A stretch of DNA of 63,725 bases, the filler included, from Thraustochytrium aureum (lineage: Eukaryota), in assembly GCA_012862495.1 (NCBI GenBank). It is 6 parts of 3 records of this genome, joined end to end, with 100 filler letters (N's around TTAATTAATTAA, not from the genome) between each part and the next. Parts side by side here need not be neighbours in the genome. Positions count along the whole stretch, not along the records: positions 29,124 to 34,990 come from BLSG01000443.1; positions 35,091 to 44,180 come from BLSG01000444.1; positions 44,281 to 58,232 come from BLSG01000444.1; 3 more parts are not named here. One strand, written 5' to 3'. Position 1 is the first letter of the stretch. Every line of letters starts with the position of its first letter. Below are positions 32,167-44,927 of the stretch, in pieces. A program made the position numbers and the translations under genes. Under the pieces are notes generated by a model. The model was not told the DNA's origin, searched no databases, and was given only the letters and a program-made list of their open reading frames with translations.

Positions 32167-33604
32167 TCGAACGTGCTTCCTGTAGGCGAGCGTTTATTTC
32201 CTTTCGCGTGTTCAGTGGTTGGCGCTGACGGTCGGGTGCAGCTTTGCGCAGCTGTGTTGCCCACCTGAACCAGTGCAGGAGATGATGATGCAACAGTGGC
32301 TTCCTGCTTGCGTTCGGAAGGGGTGGGAAATGNNNNNNNNNNNNNNNNNNNNNNNNNNNNNNNNNNNNNNNNNNNNNNNNNNNNNNNNNNNNNNNNNNNN
32401 NNNNNNNNNNNNNNNNNNNNNNNNNNNNNNNNNNNNNNNNNNNNNNNNNNNNNNNNNNNNNNNNNNNNNNNNNNNNNNNNNNNNNNNNNNNNNNNNNNNN
32501 NNNNNNNNNNNNNNNNNNNNNNNNNNNNNNNNNNNNNNNNNNNNNNNNNNNNNNNNNNNNNNNNNNNNNNNNNNNNNNNNNNNNNNNNNNNNNNNNNNNN
32601 NNNNNNNNNNNNNNNNNNNNNNNNNNNNNNNNNNNNNNNNNNNNNNNNNNNNNNNNNNNNNNNNNNNNNNNNAACTTGCCGGATGACAGCCTTGCGGTAT
32701 TGACACGAGCCGTCCGTGACAAACTTGTTGATGATCACCTGCGGATCAAAGCAGTTGGCTCAAGCAACTTCCTTGCAAAGCATGTGGAGGCACGAGCCAC
32801 TGGCGAGCGAATTGATCGCCTGAGGCCATTGCCTGAGACCTTTATTTTTTCAATCGTCGGCGAGCGGGCGCTGCACGGCGCCCCACTCCCTTGGCGAGCG
32901 TGCGGCCTGCGCTGGCCCACTCTTGCCTTGCACCGTCGCCTGCATGCGAATGATGATGCGGGACTGCTGAAGGGCGTGGGGATCTCATCGCCAAACAGAA
33001 CTCCTGTTGGTGTGGGTGGGCGACGCGAAGGCTCCCTCTTCGCTCGCCGCGCGACAAGCGCCCTGGTCCAGAGCTACCACGCCCACTGGCCACCCTGTTT
33101 CATCAGGGCATAGTACGTTCGCCAAATCAGTCAAGAACGACTTCGGTTTGTCGGCGACGTGCTCCAGTTCACCTTGGAGAATGCAAAGCGTGCAGCGCGC
33201 ACAGCCGACATGCGCTCGGTCGAGCGGGCAAAGCTCCTTCCGGAGCTCGGCCTGCTGTATGGTCAGCTCGCAGCTCACCTAGCGCGGCGCACTGGCGCTC
33301 GCAATCCAAAACCAAGTTAAAACCAAGTTGGAGGCCTTGGAAGCGCCGACCGCCGCCCTGCGGACGGGACAAACCGCTGTCGAACGAAGCAGCACCGGCG
33401 GGTAGGGGAGACGAGCAGGCACAAAAAAAACGAGAAAAAGCGAGTGCCCTCGGCAAGCGTGCATGAAGCAGCTGGCCCGACTGGCATTTGCACAGTCGAG
33501 AACGAAGGCAAGGGCCAAAAGCGAGGGAGTAAAATGAGACAAGAGCGCTTCTTGATGAGTTTTCGATTGAAACGTGTGCTTGCTCCGGATCGCGGCGCGG
33601 GTTT

Positions 33605-34045
33605 TCAGTTTCTCCAAAACAGGCTGGCGAACCGGGTGTCCTGCGCGAGCACGACCATCTGGTTGTATGTTGTGAGATCAAAGTTGTCGCTGAATGCGAG
33701 GTGGTGCTCCTCGGCGAGTGTACCGTCGTTGCGAACCGTCCCGGTGAACTCGTACACCTGCTGCGTCGGGAGGGCCTCGCTGGCGTCCACGAGGGCAACC
33801 AGCACCGTGGCGCCGTCAGGCGATAGAATTTGAACGTTCCCGGTCCCCTGGCCGTCGCCAACCACCCTGCCCACAAGCGCGACCCGGCGCCCCATGTACT
33901 TCGGGAGCATCGCTGCGTTTACGCGCGGGCAGGTCATGCCGCGGTCGCCTCCCTGCAGCCGCGCGAGCGCATTTCCCGTGTGGCCGTCAGACACAACCCC
34001 GCCTCGCCCCACGAGCGTCGACCCCAAACTTACATCAGCCTCCAT
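33605..34045 (-). CDS. RPA3: Replication protein A 14-kDa subunit (2 exons)
   Basis: PRVNAAMLPKYMGRRVALVGRV...YEFTGTV...FSDNFDLTTYNQMV. First exon MEAD (34034-34045); intron 33953-34033 (GTAAGT...TCTGAC...CTGCAG). Confidence 0.88.
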   Translation of the reverse strand: MEADVSLGSTLVGRGGVVSDGHTGNALARLQGGDRGMTCPRVNAAMLPKYMGRRVALVGRVVGDGQGTGNVQILSPDGATVLVALVDASEALPTQQVYEFTGTVRNDGTLAEEHHLAFSDNFDLTTYNQMVVLAQDTRFASLFWRN

Positions 34046-34990
34046 CCCGGTAGCGCCTGCGCTGCGTCCCGAGCCGCGTCTCCTCTGTCGCGTCTTGCTT
34101 GCTGCCTCTCGCCACCTCCTGCTTTGCGTTCTGCCCTGCTTCATTTTGAATTCCTCGAGCGCGAGGTTAGGTCGGAGGTTAGGGTGAGAGATGATATTCA
34201 GTTCAGAACAGATGCATGTGCATCCGTTCTCGGTAGGCCTGGCGGCCATCGTGGGGCTGGCTGGCCTGGTCGTCTCCAGCGAGCCGCCTCCGCGGCGCAG
34301 CGAGACCTCCCTGTTGGCTCTGCCCAGACCCTTTGCGGCGAAGGTCCAGCCAGCTCGACGCGTCAAACTTGCTCAATGGCCCCTGACAATGGGTTGGCCA
34401 ATGCGTTCGGCCGTGTCGTTTCTTCATCGTTTCTTTCACCTTTCTTCGCCGGCTTTAGTGTTACTGCTGAGCCGGGCTGAGCGCGCTGGTCGGCGCCAGC
34501 GGGGGTCAAGCTGAGGTGCGAGGCACAAGGCGTGGGGGAAGCTGTGTTCTGCGATAGTTCTCGAGTAGGTACTCGGCCACGGCAGGATAGGCAATCGACA
34601 GACGTAGTAGGAGACAGCGGACGCACATGGGTTGCATGGGTTGGTCTGCTCTGCTTAGTTCCTCCACCCTGCCGCCCCGTTCAATGTGCCCAAGGTGCTG
34701 CCAAAACAAGCCCAACGCAGGCGAGGTTAGGGGTGGCAGAAAATGGACCCTGCGCTCGAGTTCCATCGAGCGTTTCTTTTCCGGCTCCTCATGCGGACGT
34801 TCCGCCATCCCCGAAACAGTCAGCGCCAGGACAGCCGGTGAGATCTCAACGCCCGCCCGCTCGTTGTCGGCAATGCCTCCTCGCCCATTCCGCATCGCCC
34901 TTGATAGTCAAGAGATGTCGGTAAGTTCCGTTGCCCAGGAGGCAGTCTCGCGTCAAACGCAGGGTGGTGCAGCAAGTGGGGAAGCCTCGG

Positions 34991-35090
34991 NNNNNNNNNN
35001 NNNNNNNNNNNNNNNNNNNNNNNNNNNNNNNNNNTTAATTAATTAANNNNNNNNNNNNNNNNNNNNNNNNNNNNNNNNNNNNNNNNNNNN
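34991..35090. other. Artificial contig linker
   Basis: 44 N + TTAATTAATTAA + 44 N. Confidence 0.97.
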
Positions 35091-36477
35091 CTTCTGCCGA
35101 GGGATGCGAAAGCCTGGGAGGACAGACAAAGTGATTGAGTCAAGATGGCTGCCAGCGCCAACCAAGGCGCCACCAGACATGATATTGAATGGGCAGTCTT
35201 GCCATGGCGAGCAACACCCACCCAGGCGGGGCACCGTAGCGAGGAAAAGCAAGCAAAAGGCAAACAACCGCACCCAACACGAAGACAGACATGAGAGTAT
35301 GATAGCGGATCTCGCGTCATCCAATCAAAAACACAAGGAGCCATGCGCGTGGCAAACCGAGAGCAGGCACTCGGAGAACGGAGGACGGGCATTCGGACAG
35401 CCCGCTGCTTGCTGCCCAGGCATGACCCCCTGCAGCTGAGCTGCCCATGACGGCGCGGCACCTGGAGCTCATGAAGGTCATGGCCGGTGCACTCGCGCAT
35501 CGCGATTTGACTCGTGGTCTCATGCGCACCCATCGCTTTCGTCTACTCGCTGCCATCGGCTCAGCTTTTCCGATCCATACCGCTCCTTCGTGGCCATTAA
35601 CGAGCGCGCAATCGAGCGCCAAAACAGCAGTGTTGCCGGACCCCGGAAGGGATGTAGCGCGGAGGTTCCAGACTCTTCCGGTAGATGATGCCACATCATT
35701 CATCAACGAGGAGTGGCCGTTCAGCATGGCCGCCCGGCTCTACCTTCTCTGGATTAGCATTCACATCTAAATTATCGTCCCGATTGAGATCCGCTTTTCT
35801 TCCTTTCTGACAACACCTGCCAAGCCGAAGTTAAAGTCCTGCACAACCTCGTGCGTGTTCGGTATCTTGTGCGCCATTTTCTCGGCCTCCATGGCCAGGT
35901 TGTCCTTCTTCCAATTCCTTTCGAAAATTGACGCAGTTTCGCCGTTGGGGTCGAGGAGCTTGAGAGCCGTATTCATGCCGCCTTCGCCGAGCCTTGCCAC
36001 GACGGTGTCGTCGAGCCTCAGCGGACGGCAGAGGCCCTGGGCTGAAGCCACCGGAAGCGGAGCGCCAGGCTTCGATGCATAAAGTGGGTGGGCGTCTGCA
36101 CATTGCCGAAAAGCGCTGTGAACGGCAGACCCGCAGCGCCCTGCACGGAAATCTTCCAAACCGACAAAAGCAGCTTGCACGGGCAATTTTTTTCGAGCCG
36201 ACAGGACACCGAGTCGCGACAGGGCAAGCATCACGCCTGTCAGTACGTCACAGAGCCAGCCAGCCAGCGCTTCAGCCAGCGCTTCAGCCAGCGCTTCAGC
36301 ACATTTCGCCGTGCAAAGCAGGCGCAAGAGCGAGCGGCCGCGGCCGTAGTAGGAATCGAGAGCCTTCCACCGCTCTCCCTCGGCAAGCGCTGCACCCGCC
36401 CGGCGGCCGCTCTGCCGCAGCGCCGCGCGCCCGAGCGCCACTCTCGTTGCGGGTCTCGCGTTCTCACCCTTCCTCCC

Positions 36478-36770
36478 CGTTCATTCGTTCATTCGTTCGT
36501 TCATTCGTTCGTTCATTCATTTATTCGTTCATTCATTTATTCGTTCATTCATTTATTCGTTCATTCATTCATTTATTCGTTCATTCATTCATTTATTCGT
36601 TCGTTCGTTCATTCATTCGTTCGTTCATTCATTTATTCTTTCAATCTTGATTTTTCTTTTCTTCAAGAAAAAGAAAAGAAGAGATATTCTTATGAATCGT
36701 TCGTTGGTTCATTCATTCGTTGGTTCATGAATTCATTCAGAACATTCATTCATTTATTCGTTCGTTCGTT
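36478..36770. repeat. Compound (ATTC/GTTC/ATTT)n microsatellite
   Basis: Long tetranucleotide array, directly visible. Confidence 0.92.
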
Positions 36771-37189
36771 CTCTCACCCTCTATTACTATTCCCACACTA
36801 TTGTTANNNNNNNNNNNNNNNNNNNNNNNNNNNNNNNNNNNNNNNNNNNNNNNNNNNNNNNNNNNNNNNNNNNNNNNNNNNNNNNNNNNNNNNNNNNNNN
36901 NNNNNNNNNNNNNNNNNNNNNNNNNNNNNNNNNNNNNNNNNNNNNNNNNNNNNNNNNNNNNNNNNNNNNNNNNNNNNNNNNNNNNNNNNNNNNNNNNNNN
37001 NNNNNNNNNNNNNNNNNNNNNNNNNNNNNNNNNNNNNNNNNNNNNNNNNNNNNNNNNNNNNNNNNNNNNNNNNNNNNNNNNNNNNNNNNNNNNNNNNNNN
37101 NNNNNNNNNNNNNNNNNNNNNNNNNNNNNNNNNNNNNNNNNNNNNNNNNNNNNNNNNNNNNNNNNNNNNNNNNNNNNNNNNNNNNNNNC

Positions 37190-37552
37190 ATCTCGTCCAG
37201 GTTCAGGGGGGAGCACGCGCTGCGCCGGTACCCCTCGGGCGAGGAGCGGTGCATTGCGTGCAAGCTGTGCGAGGCCGTGTGCCCCGCGCAAGCCATCACG
37301 ATCGATGCCGAGATGCGCGCGGACGGCGCGCGCCGAACCACGCGCTACGACATCGACATGACCAAGTGCATCTACTGCGGGTTTTGCCAGGAGGCCTGCC
37401 CGGTGGACGCCATCGTGGAGGGGCCCAACTTTGAGTTTGCCACCGAGACGCACGAGGAGCTGCTGTACACCAAGGAAAAGCTCCTCGCGAACGGCGACCG
37501 CTGGGAGCCCGCGATCGCCGCCAACCTCGCCGCCGAGGCCCCGTACCGCTAA
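37190..37552 (+). CDS. NDUFS8: Complex I 2x[4Fe-4S] subunit TYKY/NuoI (5' part in gap)
   Basis: [29 protein letters not shown]...[31 protein letters not shown]. Confidence 0.97.
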   Translation: MSSRFRGEHALRRYPSGEERCIACKLCEAVCPAQAITIDAEMRADGARRTTRYDIDMTKCIYCGFCQEACPVDAIVEGPNFEFATETHEELLYTKEKLLANGDRWEPAIAANLAAEAPYR

Positions 37553-37834
37553 GTGCATCATGTCGCTGCTGCAGGGCTCGTCATTGGACCGACCGCGAGG
37601 CCGCGGAGGAAGCGACGGGGAACGAATCAGGCCAATCCCTACAGCGCAAGAGGGGCCATCAAAAAAACAAAAGAGTCATCGTTTCTTTCTTCCTTCCTTT
37701 CTTCCTTCCTTTCCTTTCTTGCCCGCCCTGGCCAGGCGCAAGTTGACGGTGGCAAGGCCGGGCGGGCGCCGCGAGAAGGAAACACCCACCGCCCAATTTT
37801 AATTCAAAAAAAAAAAGAAAAGGAAGGAAATTGG

Positions 37835-40800
37835 TTAGGCGATGTCAAAGACGCCCTTGAGCTTGATGACGAGCTGCCAGTCGGTCTTTTGCAAGTCGTT
37901 CTTAAAGTTAGCCTTGAGCATGTCGATCGACTTGCGCGTGATGCGCGAGTAGACGAGGTTCTGGTGGTCAAAGTGGCGGCCATAGGTGACGTACGACTGC
38001 GCGGCCGAGCCCTGGACCTTGACGCAGACCGTCGAGCCGCGCTTGGCCGTGTCGACGGACACGCCGTCCTTCTCGATCGAAACAATCTTGCCGATCTCGA
38101 GCTCCTTCATCATGCCCGGGTTGTCGTCGTCGGGCACCTTGCGGTCCGGCACTGCGAGCGGCGTGCCCACCTTGCAGATCCCCTCGACGATCTCCACACC
38201 CATGAGCAGCGGGTTTTTCTTCATAAACACGTTCTCCGGGATGACGCGCAGGATGCAGGGAAAGACCGCCTCGGCCTCGGCCTCGGCCCGCCGCTCCTCC
38301 TGGATGTCCTTGAGGTACTGCATAAAGTGGTCCTGGAGGTGGTAGATGATCTCGGCGGTAAAGATCTTGACGCCGAGGTCCTCGGCCACCTCCTGCGCCT
38401 CCTTGGAGACCTTGACGTCAAAGGCGAGGATGCAGGCGTACTCCTTCTCGTGCTCGAGCATGATCGACGCGCGCGTGACGTCCCGCTTGTGCACCGGCCC
38501 GATCGACACGTGCGCGACGGGGATCTCGCTGGTGCGCAAAAACTCCATGAGGGCCTCCAGCGAGCCGAGCGTGGAGGCCTGCACGCAGACCCCGCGCCCC
38601 GTGGTCGAGACGTTTTCCATCACTTCGGACACGTCGGCCATGACCGCGTCGCAGAGCTCGTCCTCGTCGTCCTCGTCCGTCAGGAGCATCATGGCCGTCC
38701 CGGCGATGGCGTGCTCGAGGTTTTGCGCCGCGATCTTGATCCCCACCGCCGCCTTGAGCTCGTCGTGGTGCACAAACTCGCCCTTGACGCGCATCTCCTT
38801 CATCTCCCCCGGGGTGAGCAGCGCGCGGATCTGCGTCACGATGGGGCCGTTCATGCCCGCGACCACGATCGTGTCGCCCTTGCGGAGCTTGCCGTTGACG
38901 AGGCAAATGTCGATCGTGGTGCCGACGCCCTCGATCTTCTTGACGTCCAGCACGGTGGCCTCCATGATCTCGTTAAACATGAGGCGGTCCACCATCATGC
39001 GCTGCGTGAGCTGGATGAGCAGCAGGAGCAAGTCGGGGATGCCCTCGCCGGTGTGCGCCGAGGTGGGCACCAGCGACACGACGTGCCGGTAGTCCTCGTT
39101 CTTGTAGTACAGCTCGGCGTTGAGGCCCTGCTCCATGAACTGCGTGATCACCTGCTTGGTGCGCTTCTCAAACTCGTTGATCACGTGCTCCTCCTGCTCC
39201 TTGAGCGAGGCGCGCGCGGGCGCGCCCTCGGTGGCCTTCCACCCGTACAGGCGGTCGATCTTGTTGAGCGCAACCACGAAGGGCGTCTTGCGCGCCTGCA
39301 GCATGTTGATCGACTCGATTGTCTGCTGCTCCAGCCCGTGCATGATGTCCACCACGAGGACGGCGAGGTCGCACAGGCTCGACCCGCGCTTGCGCAGGTT
39401 GGCAAAGCTTTCGTGGCCGGGCGTGTCGATCACCAGCAGGCCGGGCACCTTGTACTCGAGCGCGAGCCCCTTCTTGAGCTTCTCCGTCGTCTTGCGCAGG
39501 TTGTCCATGGGAAAGTAGGTGGCGCCGATCTGCTGCGTGATCCCGCCTGCCTCGCCCTCCTGCACGTTGGTGCGCCGGATCTTGTCCAGCAGCTTGGTCT
39601 TGCCCGTGTCGACGTGGCCCATGACGCAGCAGATCGGCGAGCGCAGCTCGTCCTTGCTGCGCTTCTTGAGCGCCTCGCGGAGCCGCTCCTCGCGCCGCGC
39701 GCGCGCGGCCTCGATCTCGGCCTCGCGCTCCTGCCGCTTGAGCCGCACGCGGTCCGCGCCGGTCAGGCGATCTTCGTCGTCCGAGCCGGACCCCGAGTCG
39801 GACCCCGAGTCGTCGGACCCCGAGTCGTCGTCCGAGTCGTCGCCCGCCTTGGCCACGCTGTGCATCTGGCGCGTCCCGGGGCTTTTTTCTTGCCCTTCTT
39901 CTTCTTGTTCTTCTTCTTGTTCGGGTTGGCGCTCTGGGCGGGCGCGGCGGGGGCGGCTTGGCAAAGTCCTCCTCGACGACGACCTCTTCCTCCTCGCCGC
40001 CGATCTTGGCCGCCAGCGACTCGAGCTTGCCGTCAATGTCCCACTCGTCGTCGCTGGCGTCCCAGGCGGCAGGAGCGTCGTCCTCCTCCTCTTCCTCCTC
40101 TTCCTTGGCCCCCGCCTGGGTCCTCCTCCTCCGCTTGCTTGTCGGCTTGCGCCTTTGCGGCCGCGGCGGCCTCGGCGGCCTCGGCGGCAAGCCGCTGCGC
40201 CTCGGCTGCGGCCGCGTCGTCGGCCTGCTTCTTGCTCGCGGCCGCCTCTTCCTCCGCCTTTTCTTGGCGGCAGAGTCCGCTTCCCGCTCTGCCGCGGCCT
40301 TGTCTTCGGCAGCGGCGTCCTCGCCCTCCTTCGCCTTGCGCTTCCCGTAGACGACCTTCTTTTTTGGCTTGGGGGCGTCGATCACGTTGCCCTCCTCGTC
40401 CACCTCGATCAGGCCTTGGGCGATGAGCTTTTCGCGCGCGGCGCGCGCCTTGGCTTCGCGCGCTTTCTCGGCCTTGGTCACGGCCTTGCCTTCCATGCGG
40501 AGCCGCTCTTTCTTCTCGCGCTCCTTCTCCTTCCTGCGCTGGCGCCGCTCCTCCTCCTCCTTTTCGGCCAGCTGCTTGGCGCGCTCTTCCTCCTCTTCCT
40601 GGCGCCGCAGCGCCTCCTCCTCGCGCTTGGCGCGCTCTGCCTCCTCGGCCTCGCGTTTCAGGCGCTCCTTGGCGAGCTTGGCGGCCGCCGAGACGGGCTT
40701 GGCCGCGCTCTCGGCCTCCTTGGCCTCCTTGGGCCCCTTGCCCTTCTTCTTCTTCTTCTTGTTTTTGCTGCTGCCGTCCTCGTCCGCGGCGGAGCCGATG

Positions 40801-41068
40801 CCGAGCTCGGCCATGATGCGAGCGGCGGCGTCGGCGGGATCCTCGTCGGCGGCCGCCATATCCGCCCCGGCCGCGCGCGCATCATCCCCTGCAGTCTCCT
40901 GCGCGGCGTGCCCGGCGTCCGCTTCATCGGCCGCCTCCTCGCCGTCGCCAGCGGCCTTCTCTTGCCCTTCTTCTTCTTCTTCTTGCCGCTGGCGTCGCCT
41001 CCTGCGGCCCCGAGCTGCGCCAGGAACGCAGCGGCGGCCGCAGCCGCGTCCTCCTCCGGGCCCGCCAT
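37835..41068 (-). CDS. EIF5B: Translation initiation factor eIF5B
   Basis: LRSPICCVMGHVDTGKT, EGEAGGITQQIGAT, DTPGHESF, NKIDR, QASTLGSLEAL. The K/E-rich N-terminus carries several indels (about 39940, 40140, 40250, 40960). Confidence 0.96.
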
Positions 41069-41176
41069 GCCTTCCTAGCAAGCAAGCAGGCAAGCACGCC
41101 TGCCGCTCCTCGCGATACTCCGCCGACCGGCCTGCAAGGCGCCCAAACGCCGTCCTCAGCGAGGTCGAGCTGGCGC

Positions 41177-41250
41177 TCGTGGTCGTGGTCGTGGTCGTGG
41201 TCGTGCTCCTGCGACAGCTCGACAGCTCGACAGCTCGACAGCTCGACAGC
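41177..41250. repeat. (GTCGTG)n and (CTCGACAG)n short tandem repeats upstream of eIF5B
   Basis: Directly visible. Confidence 0.8.
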
Positions 41251-42153
41251 TGAGCTGGTACGACAGCGCCTGATGCTCGCGGTGTTGCTCGAGCTCGCGG
41301 CGCTGTTGCTGGTGTTGCCGGTGCCGGTGCCGGTGGTGNNNNNNNNNNNNNNNNNNNNNNNNNNNNNNNNNNNNNNNNNNNNNNNNNNNNNNNNNNNNNN
41401 NNNNNNNNNNNNNNNNNNNNNNNNNNNNNNNNNNNNNNNNNNNNNNNNNNNNNNNNNNNNNNNNNNNNNNNNNNNNNNNNNNNNNNNNNNNNNNNNNNNN
41501 NNNNNNNNNNNNNNNNNNNNNNNNNNNNNNNNNNNNNNNNNNNNNNNNNNNNNNNNNNNNNNNNNNNNNNNNNNNNNNNNNNNNNNNNNNNNNNNNNNNN
41601 NNNNNNNNNNNNNNNNNNNNNNNNNNNNNNNNNNNNNNNNNNNNNNNNNNNNNNNNNNNNNNNNNNNNNNNNNNNNNNNNNNNNNNNNNNNNNNNNNNNN
41701 NNNNNNNNNNNNNNNNNNNNNNNNNNNNNNNNNNNNNNNNNNNNNNNNNNNNNNNNNNNNNNNNNNNNNNNNNNNNNNNNNNNNNNNNNNNNNNNNNNNN
41801 NNNNNNNNNNNNNNNNNNNNNNNNNNNNNNNNNNNNNNNNNNNNNNNNNNNNNNNNNNNNNNNNNNNNNNNNNNNNNNNNNNNNNNNNNNNNNNNNNNNN
41901 NNNNNNNNNNNNNNNNNNNNNNNNNNNNNNNNNNNNNNNNNNNNNNNNNNNNNNNNNNNNNNNNNNNNNNNNNNNNNNNNNNNNNNNNNNNNNNNNNNNN
42001 NNNNNNNNNNNNNNNNNNNNNNNNNNNNNNNNNNNNNNNNNNNNNNNNNNNNNNNNNNNNNNNNNNNNNNNNNNNNNNNNNNNNNNNNNNNNNNNNNNNN
42101 NNNNNNNNNNNNNNNNNNNNNNNNNNNNNNNNNNNNAGCTCGCGTGCGAGTTC

Positions 42154-43751
42154 GTGTTTGCATTTTGCTCGGCGAGGGATCTCGTGGCGGTGTCGCTGTG
42201 CTCAAGAGGGTGCCACACGGCGGCCAAGACCGTCGCGAGGAGGCGGCTCGCGAACGACAAGCTCTGGGCAGCAGCGATAGACGGTGATCATGGAGAGCAG
42301 CAACACGAAGACCCCCTGAGGGCCTTTCACCGCATTGAAGCGCTGAACGCGTCGCGCGACCCGCAGGGCAAAAAGGGGCCCTGTCCGGCGGCGAAATGCA
42401 CAGCGTCTTCCTGCGCGGAGGGGGGCTACAACGCCAGGCTGTGCGGCATGGGCGACGGCGTGGCCGGGCGACTCGGGGCGAGCTTCAGCGGCCCGACCTC
42501 CTGGCGACCCTTGTGGCGACCTGTGCCGGTCTTCGAAGGAATCGCTGGGCACAAAGTGCGCCAAGTGCAGTGCGGCGCCTTCCACACCACCATCCTCACC
42601 GACTCGGGCGATCTGCTCGTTTTCGGCGAGCTTGGCCAAGCCTCTTTCCTCGCCCACTCGACCCGATCAGCGCTGACGGGGTCGGACAACTCGTGCTGCC
42701 TTGTCTCGCGGGACGAGCCCGTTGTGCAGGTGAGCTCGACCTCGTTCGGGATCGCCTGGGTGACGGCCAGCGGCCAAGCATTCACCCTCACCCGAACCTG
42801 GCCCTCCTCCGTCGCCCGCAAAGTGCTCGGGTTTGGCGCCGGTGAGCGCTTCGGGCGGGCAGCGAGCATCTCCTGTGGCAACAGGCACATGGCGCTTGTC
42901 ACCGAGGCCGGCGAGCTGTACACGTGGGGATTCGGCATCTCCGGCCGCCTCGGCCACGGCGACAACCGCAGCGAAACGTTTCCCAAACGGATCGGCGCCC
43001 TATCAAGCGAGCTCGGTGCCGCTGGCGACGCAGTTCAGTCGTGCTTCGCAGGCTGGCGCCACACTGCCATCGTTACGCGAAAGGGGGCGCTCTACGTGTG
43101 TGGGTCCGGCGAGTACGGCCAGCTAGGCCAGGCCGACACCGCAGACGGCTCGTGCCGGTCCGTGTGCTCACTGGCCCGATCAAGAGCGGGTTTGTGGTGC
43201 AGGCAGAGTGCGGATTTTCCAGCACGAGCGTCCTGCTTGCCTCCGGCGAGGTGGTCGTCCTTGGCTCGCTGTCAAGGCCGCTGCCCCGCCGCGCCGAGAT
43301 CCGCGAGGACGAGGATCCGCTGGAGCGGGACACGCTAGGTGCTGCTGGAAACGCGGCGGCGCGCCAAGCAGCCGTGTTTTCGGTGCACAGACTGGCCGAG
43401 GGAAAAGCCCTGCAGATTGCTGCGGGGTCACGGCACCTTCTGGTGCGATCCGACACCGGGGCCGTGTATTCCATGGGCAATGGCCGCCACGGGCAGCTGG
43501 GCCACTGCCGAACGGACGAGCCCGCGATGGGGCTCAACGGCCCAATCGCCGCCGAGCCCCTCGGCCGCGTCTGCAGCGAAACAGAGTTTGACGTAAAGGC
43601 CATCGCGCGCCTCGTAGTCCTGGGGATCGCCCGCAAGCTGCGCGAATGCGCCGACGACGCGCTCGCGCGGGCGATGTTTCTCTACGTCCGCGTCTTGCGC
43701 GTTGTTGGGCGCTGGGTCGCCGCCTGGAGCAAGCCCGTCAAGCTCAAGTGA
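42154..43751 (+). CDS. RCC1-repeat beta-propeller protein (start uncertain; frameshift at about 43140)
   Basis: VQCGAFHT, ISCGNRHMALVTEAGELYTWGFGISGRLGHG, AGWRHT...GSGEYGQLG, IAAGSRH...MGNGRHGQLGH. Confidence 0.85.
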
Positions 43752-43900
43752 CCGAGCACGATGCTGGTGCGATGATCAACCTTTGCGCTGACCTGAATTT
43801 TAAAAATTGACACTGCGATTGGAAATTGCAAACCTCTGCAAACCCCTGCAACGCCAGGGCATCAAGCGGAAGCCCGCACCCCGCCGCGGCCGTTGTGCGG

Positions 43901-44180
43901 CTACCGGAGCGGCCCGCGTTTCATCTTCCACGTCACGGGGCGCTTGAGGCTCGCCTCAAGGTCAAACTTTTGGGGCTGGCGCTTCTTGGGCCCCGCGCTG
44001 CACTCGCTGTCGCTCTCGGACAGAAGCGCGCCGCTGTTGCCAAACATGAACGGCGTCTGCTTGGGCAGCGCCGCTGGCGCGCGCTTGGCGCGCTCAGAGG
44101 CGGCCGTGCTTTTCAGTGCAACTGACGGCACCAAGTTGGCAGGGGTTCCGGCTTTGGCGGTCGCCGGGCGCGCGGCAGAA
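43901..44180 (-). CDS. C-terminal fragment of a basic protein ending in a NuSAP-like motif
   Basis: Ends QKFDLEASLKRPVTWKMKRGPLR*, compare NUSAP1 FDLKASLSRPLNYEPHKGKLK. Truncated by the linker. Confidence 0.55.
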
Positions 44181-44280
44181 NNNNNNNNNNNNNNNNNNNN
44201 NNNNNNNNNNNNNNNNNNNNNNNNTTAATTAATTAANNNNNNNNNNNNNNNNNNNNNNNNNNNNNNNNNNNNNNNNNNNN
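44181..44280. other. Artificial contig linker
   Basis: 44 N + TTAATTAATTAA + 44 N. Confidence 0.97.
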
Positions 44281-44855
44281 CCGGTCAAGCAGCCCGCGAC
44301 TGTGATCAAGGTGTGCAGCGGGATCCACCTGACCGTGTCGGCGTCGATCATCATCTTTGGCATTGGCGTTCCGCCGATCTGGCAGGGCGTCGTGGGCATC
44401 ATCACCGCGCTGGAAGGGTACTTTGGGGTCGTTCAGAACGACCCAAACAGGGTCGCACTCTTCCTGGTCGGGCTGTTGCTCAACGTGACGCTGGGCCTCG
44501 CGCTGGGGTTTCTGGCGTTCAGCGAGCAGACACACTCAGAGTGCGCGAGCGAGATCGAGGGCGTGGCGGTGCGCAAGGAGCAAAACTTTACAATCACCTT
44601 CAACGGCGTCGTGTCCGGTAAGTCCTGGCGCTCGCGCCAACGCCGCCCAACGCACATGCGGGCCTCCCTCTAACAGCCACAACTTGCGGCGCAGACTGCA
44701 CGTTCTCGTACGAAATGTATGCTTACGTCCAGTTTGGGACTGCTATCATCAGCGGCGCGCTTTTCGCGCCGAGCTTTGCGTGGTGGTTCTCCAGGCGCCG
44801 AAAGGTCCGCAACACCGTTCGGCGCACCGAGGCGTTCTTGCTCACCAGCAGCTAG
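44281..44855 (+). CDS. Small four-TM membrane protein (5' partial, 1 intron)
   Basis: Three hydrophobic helices, a loop with 2 Cys, then intron 44618-44694 (GTAAGT...CTAAC...GCAG) giving VSDCTFSYEMYAYVQFGTAIISGALFAPSFAWWFSRRRK...SS*. Confidence 0.7.
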
Positions 44856-44927
44856 CGCCGCGCAGCGTCCCCGTTCGATCTGCTAGGCCGACGGTCCGCC
44901 AAGGCGACCTGGGGGCTCGCTCGGCCG

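Noticed and set aside
31600..33300. Possible degenerate gene or transposon fragments
   Set aside because: No transposase, RT or integrase motifs, terminal repeats or target-site duplications recognised.
35091..36441. Possible gene or kinase (SLPGSGNT resembling a P-loop)
   Set aside because: The Walker A Lys is missing, the frames are interrupted and no family is recognisable. It may be decayed coding DNA but cannot be supported.
37553..40426. 957-aa plus-strand ORF and other long antisense ORFs (e.g. 15174-16238, 8782-10164)
   Set aside because: Shadow ORFs opposite real high-GC3 genes; no protein motifs.
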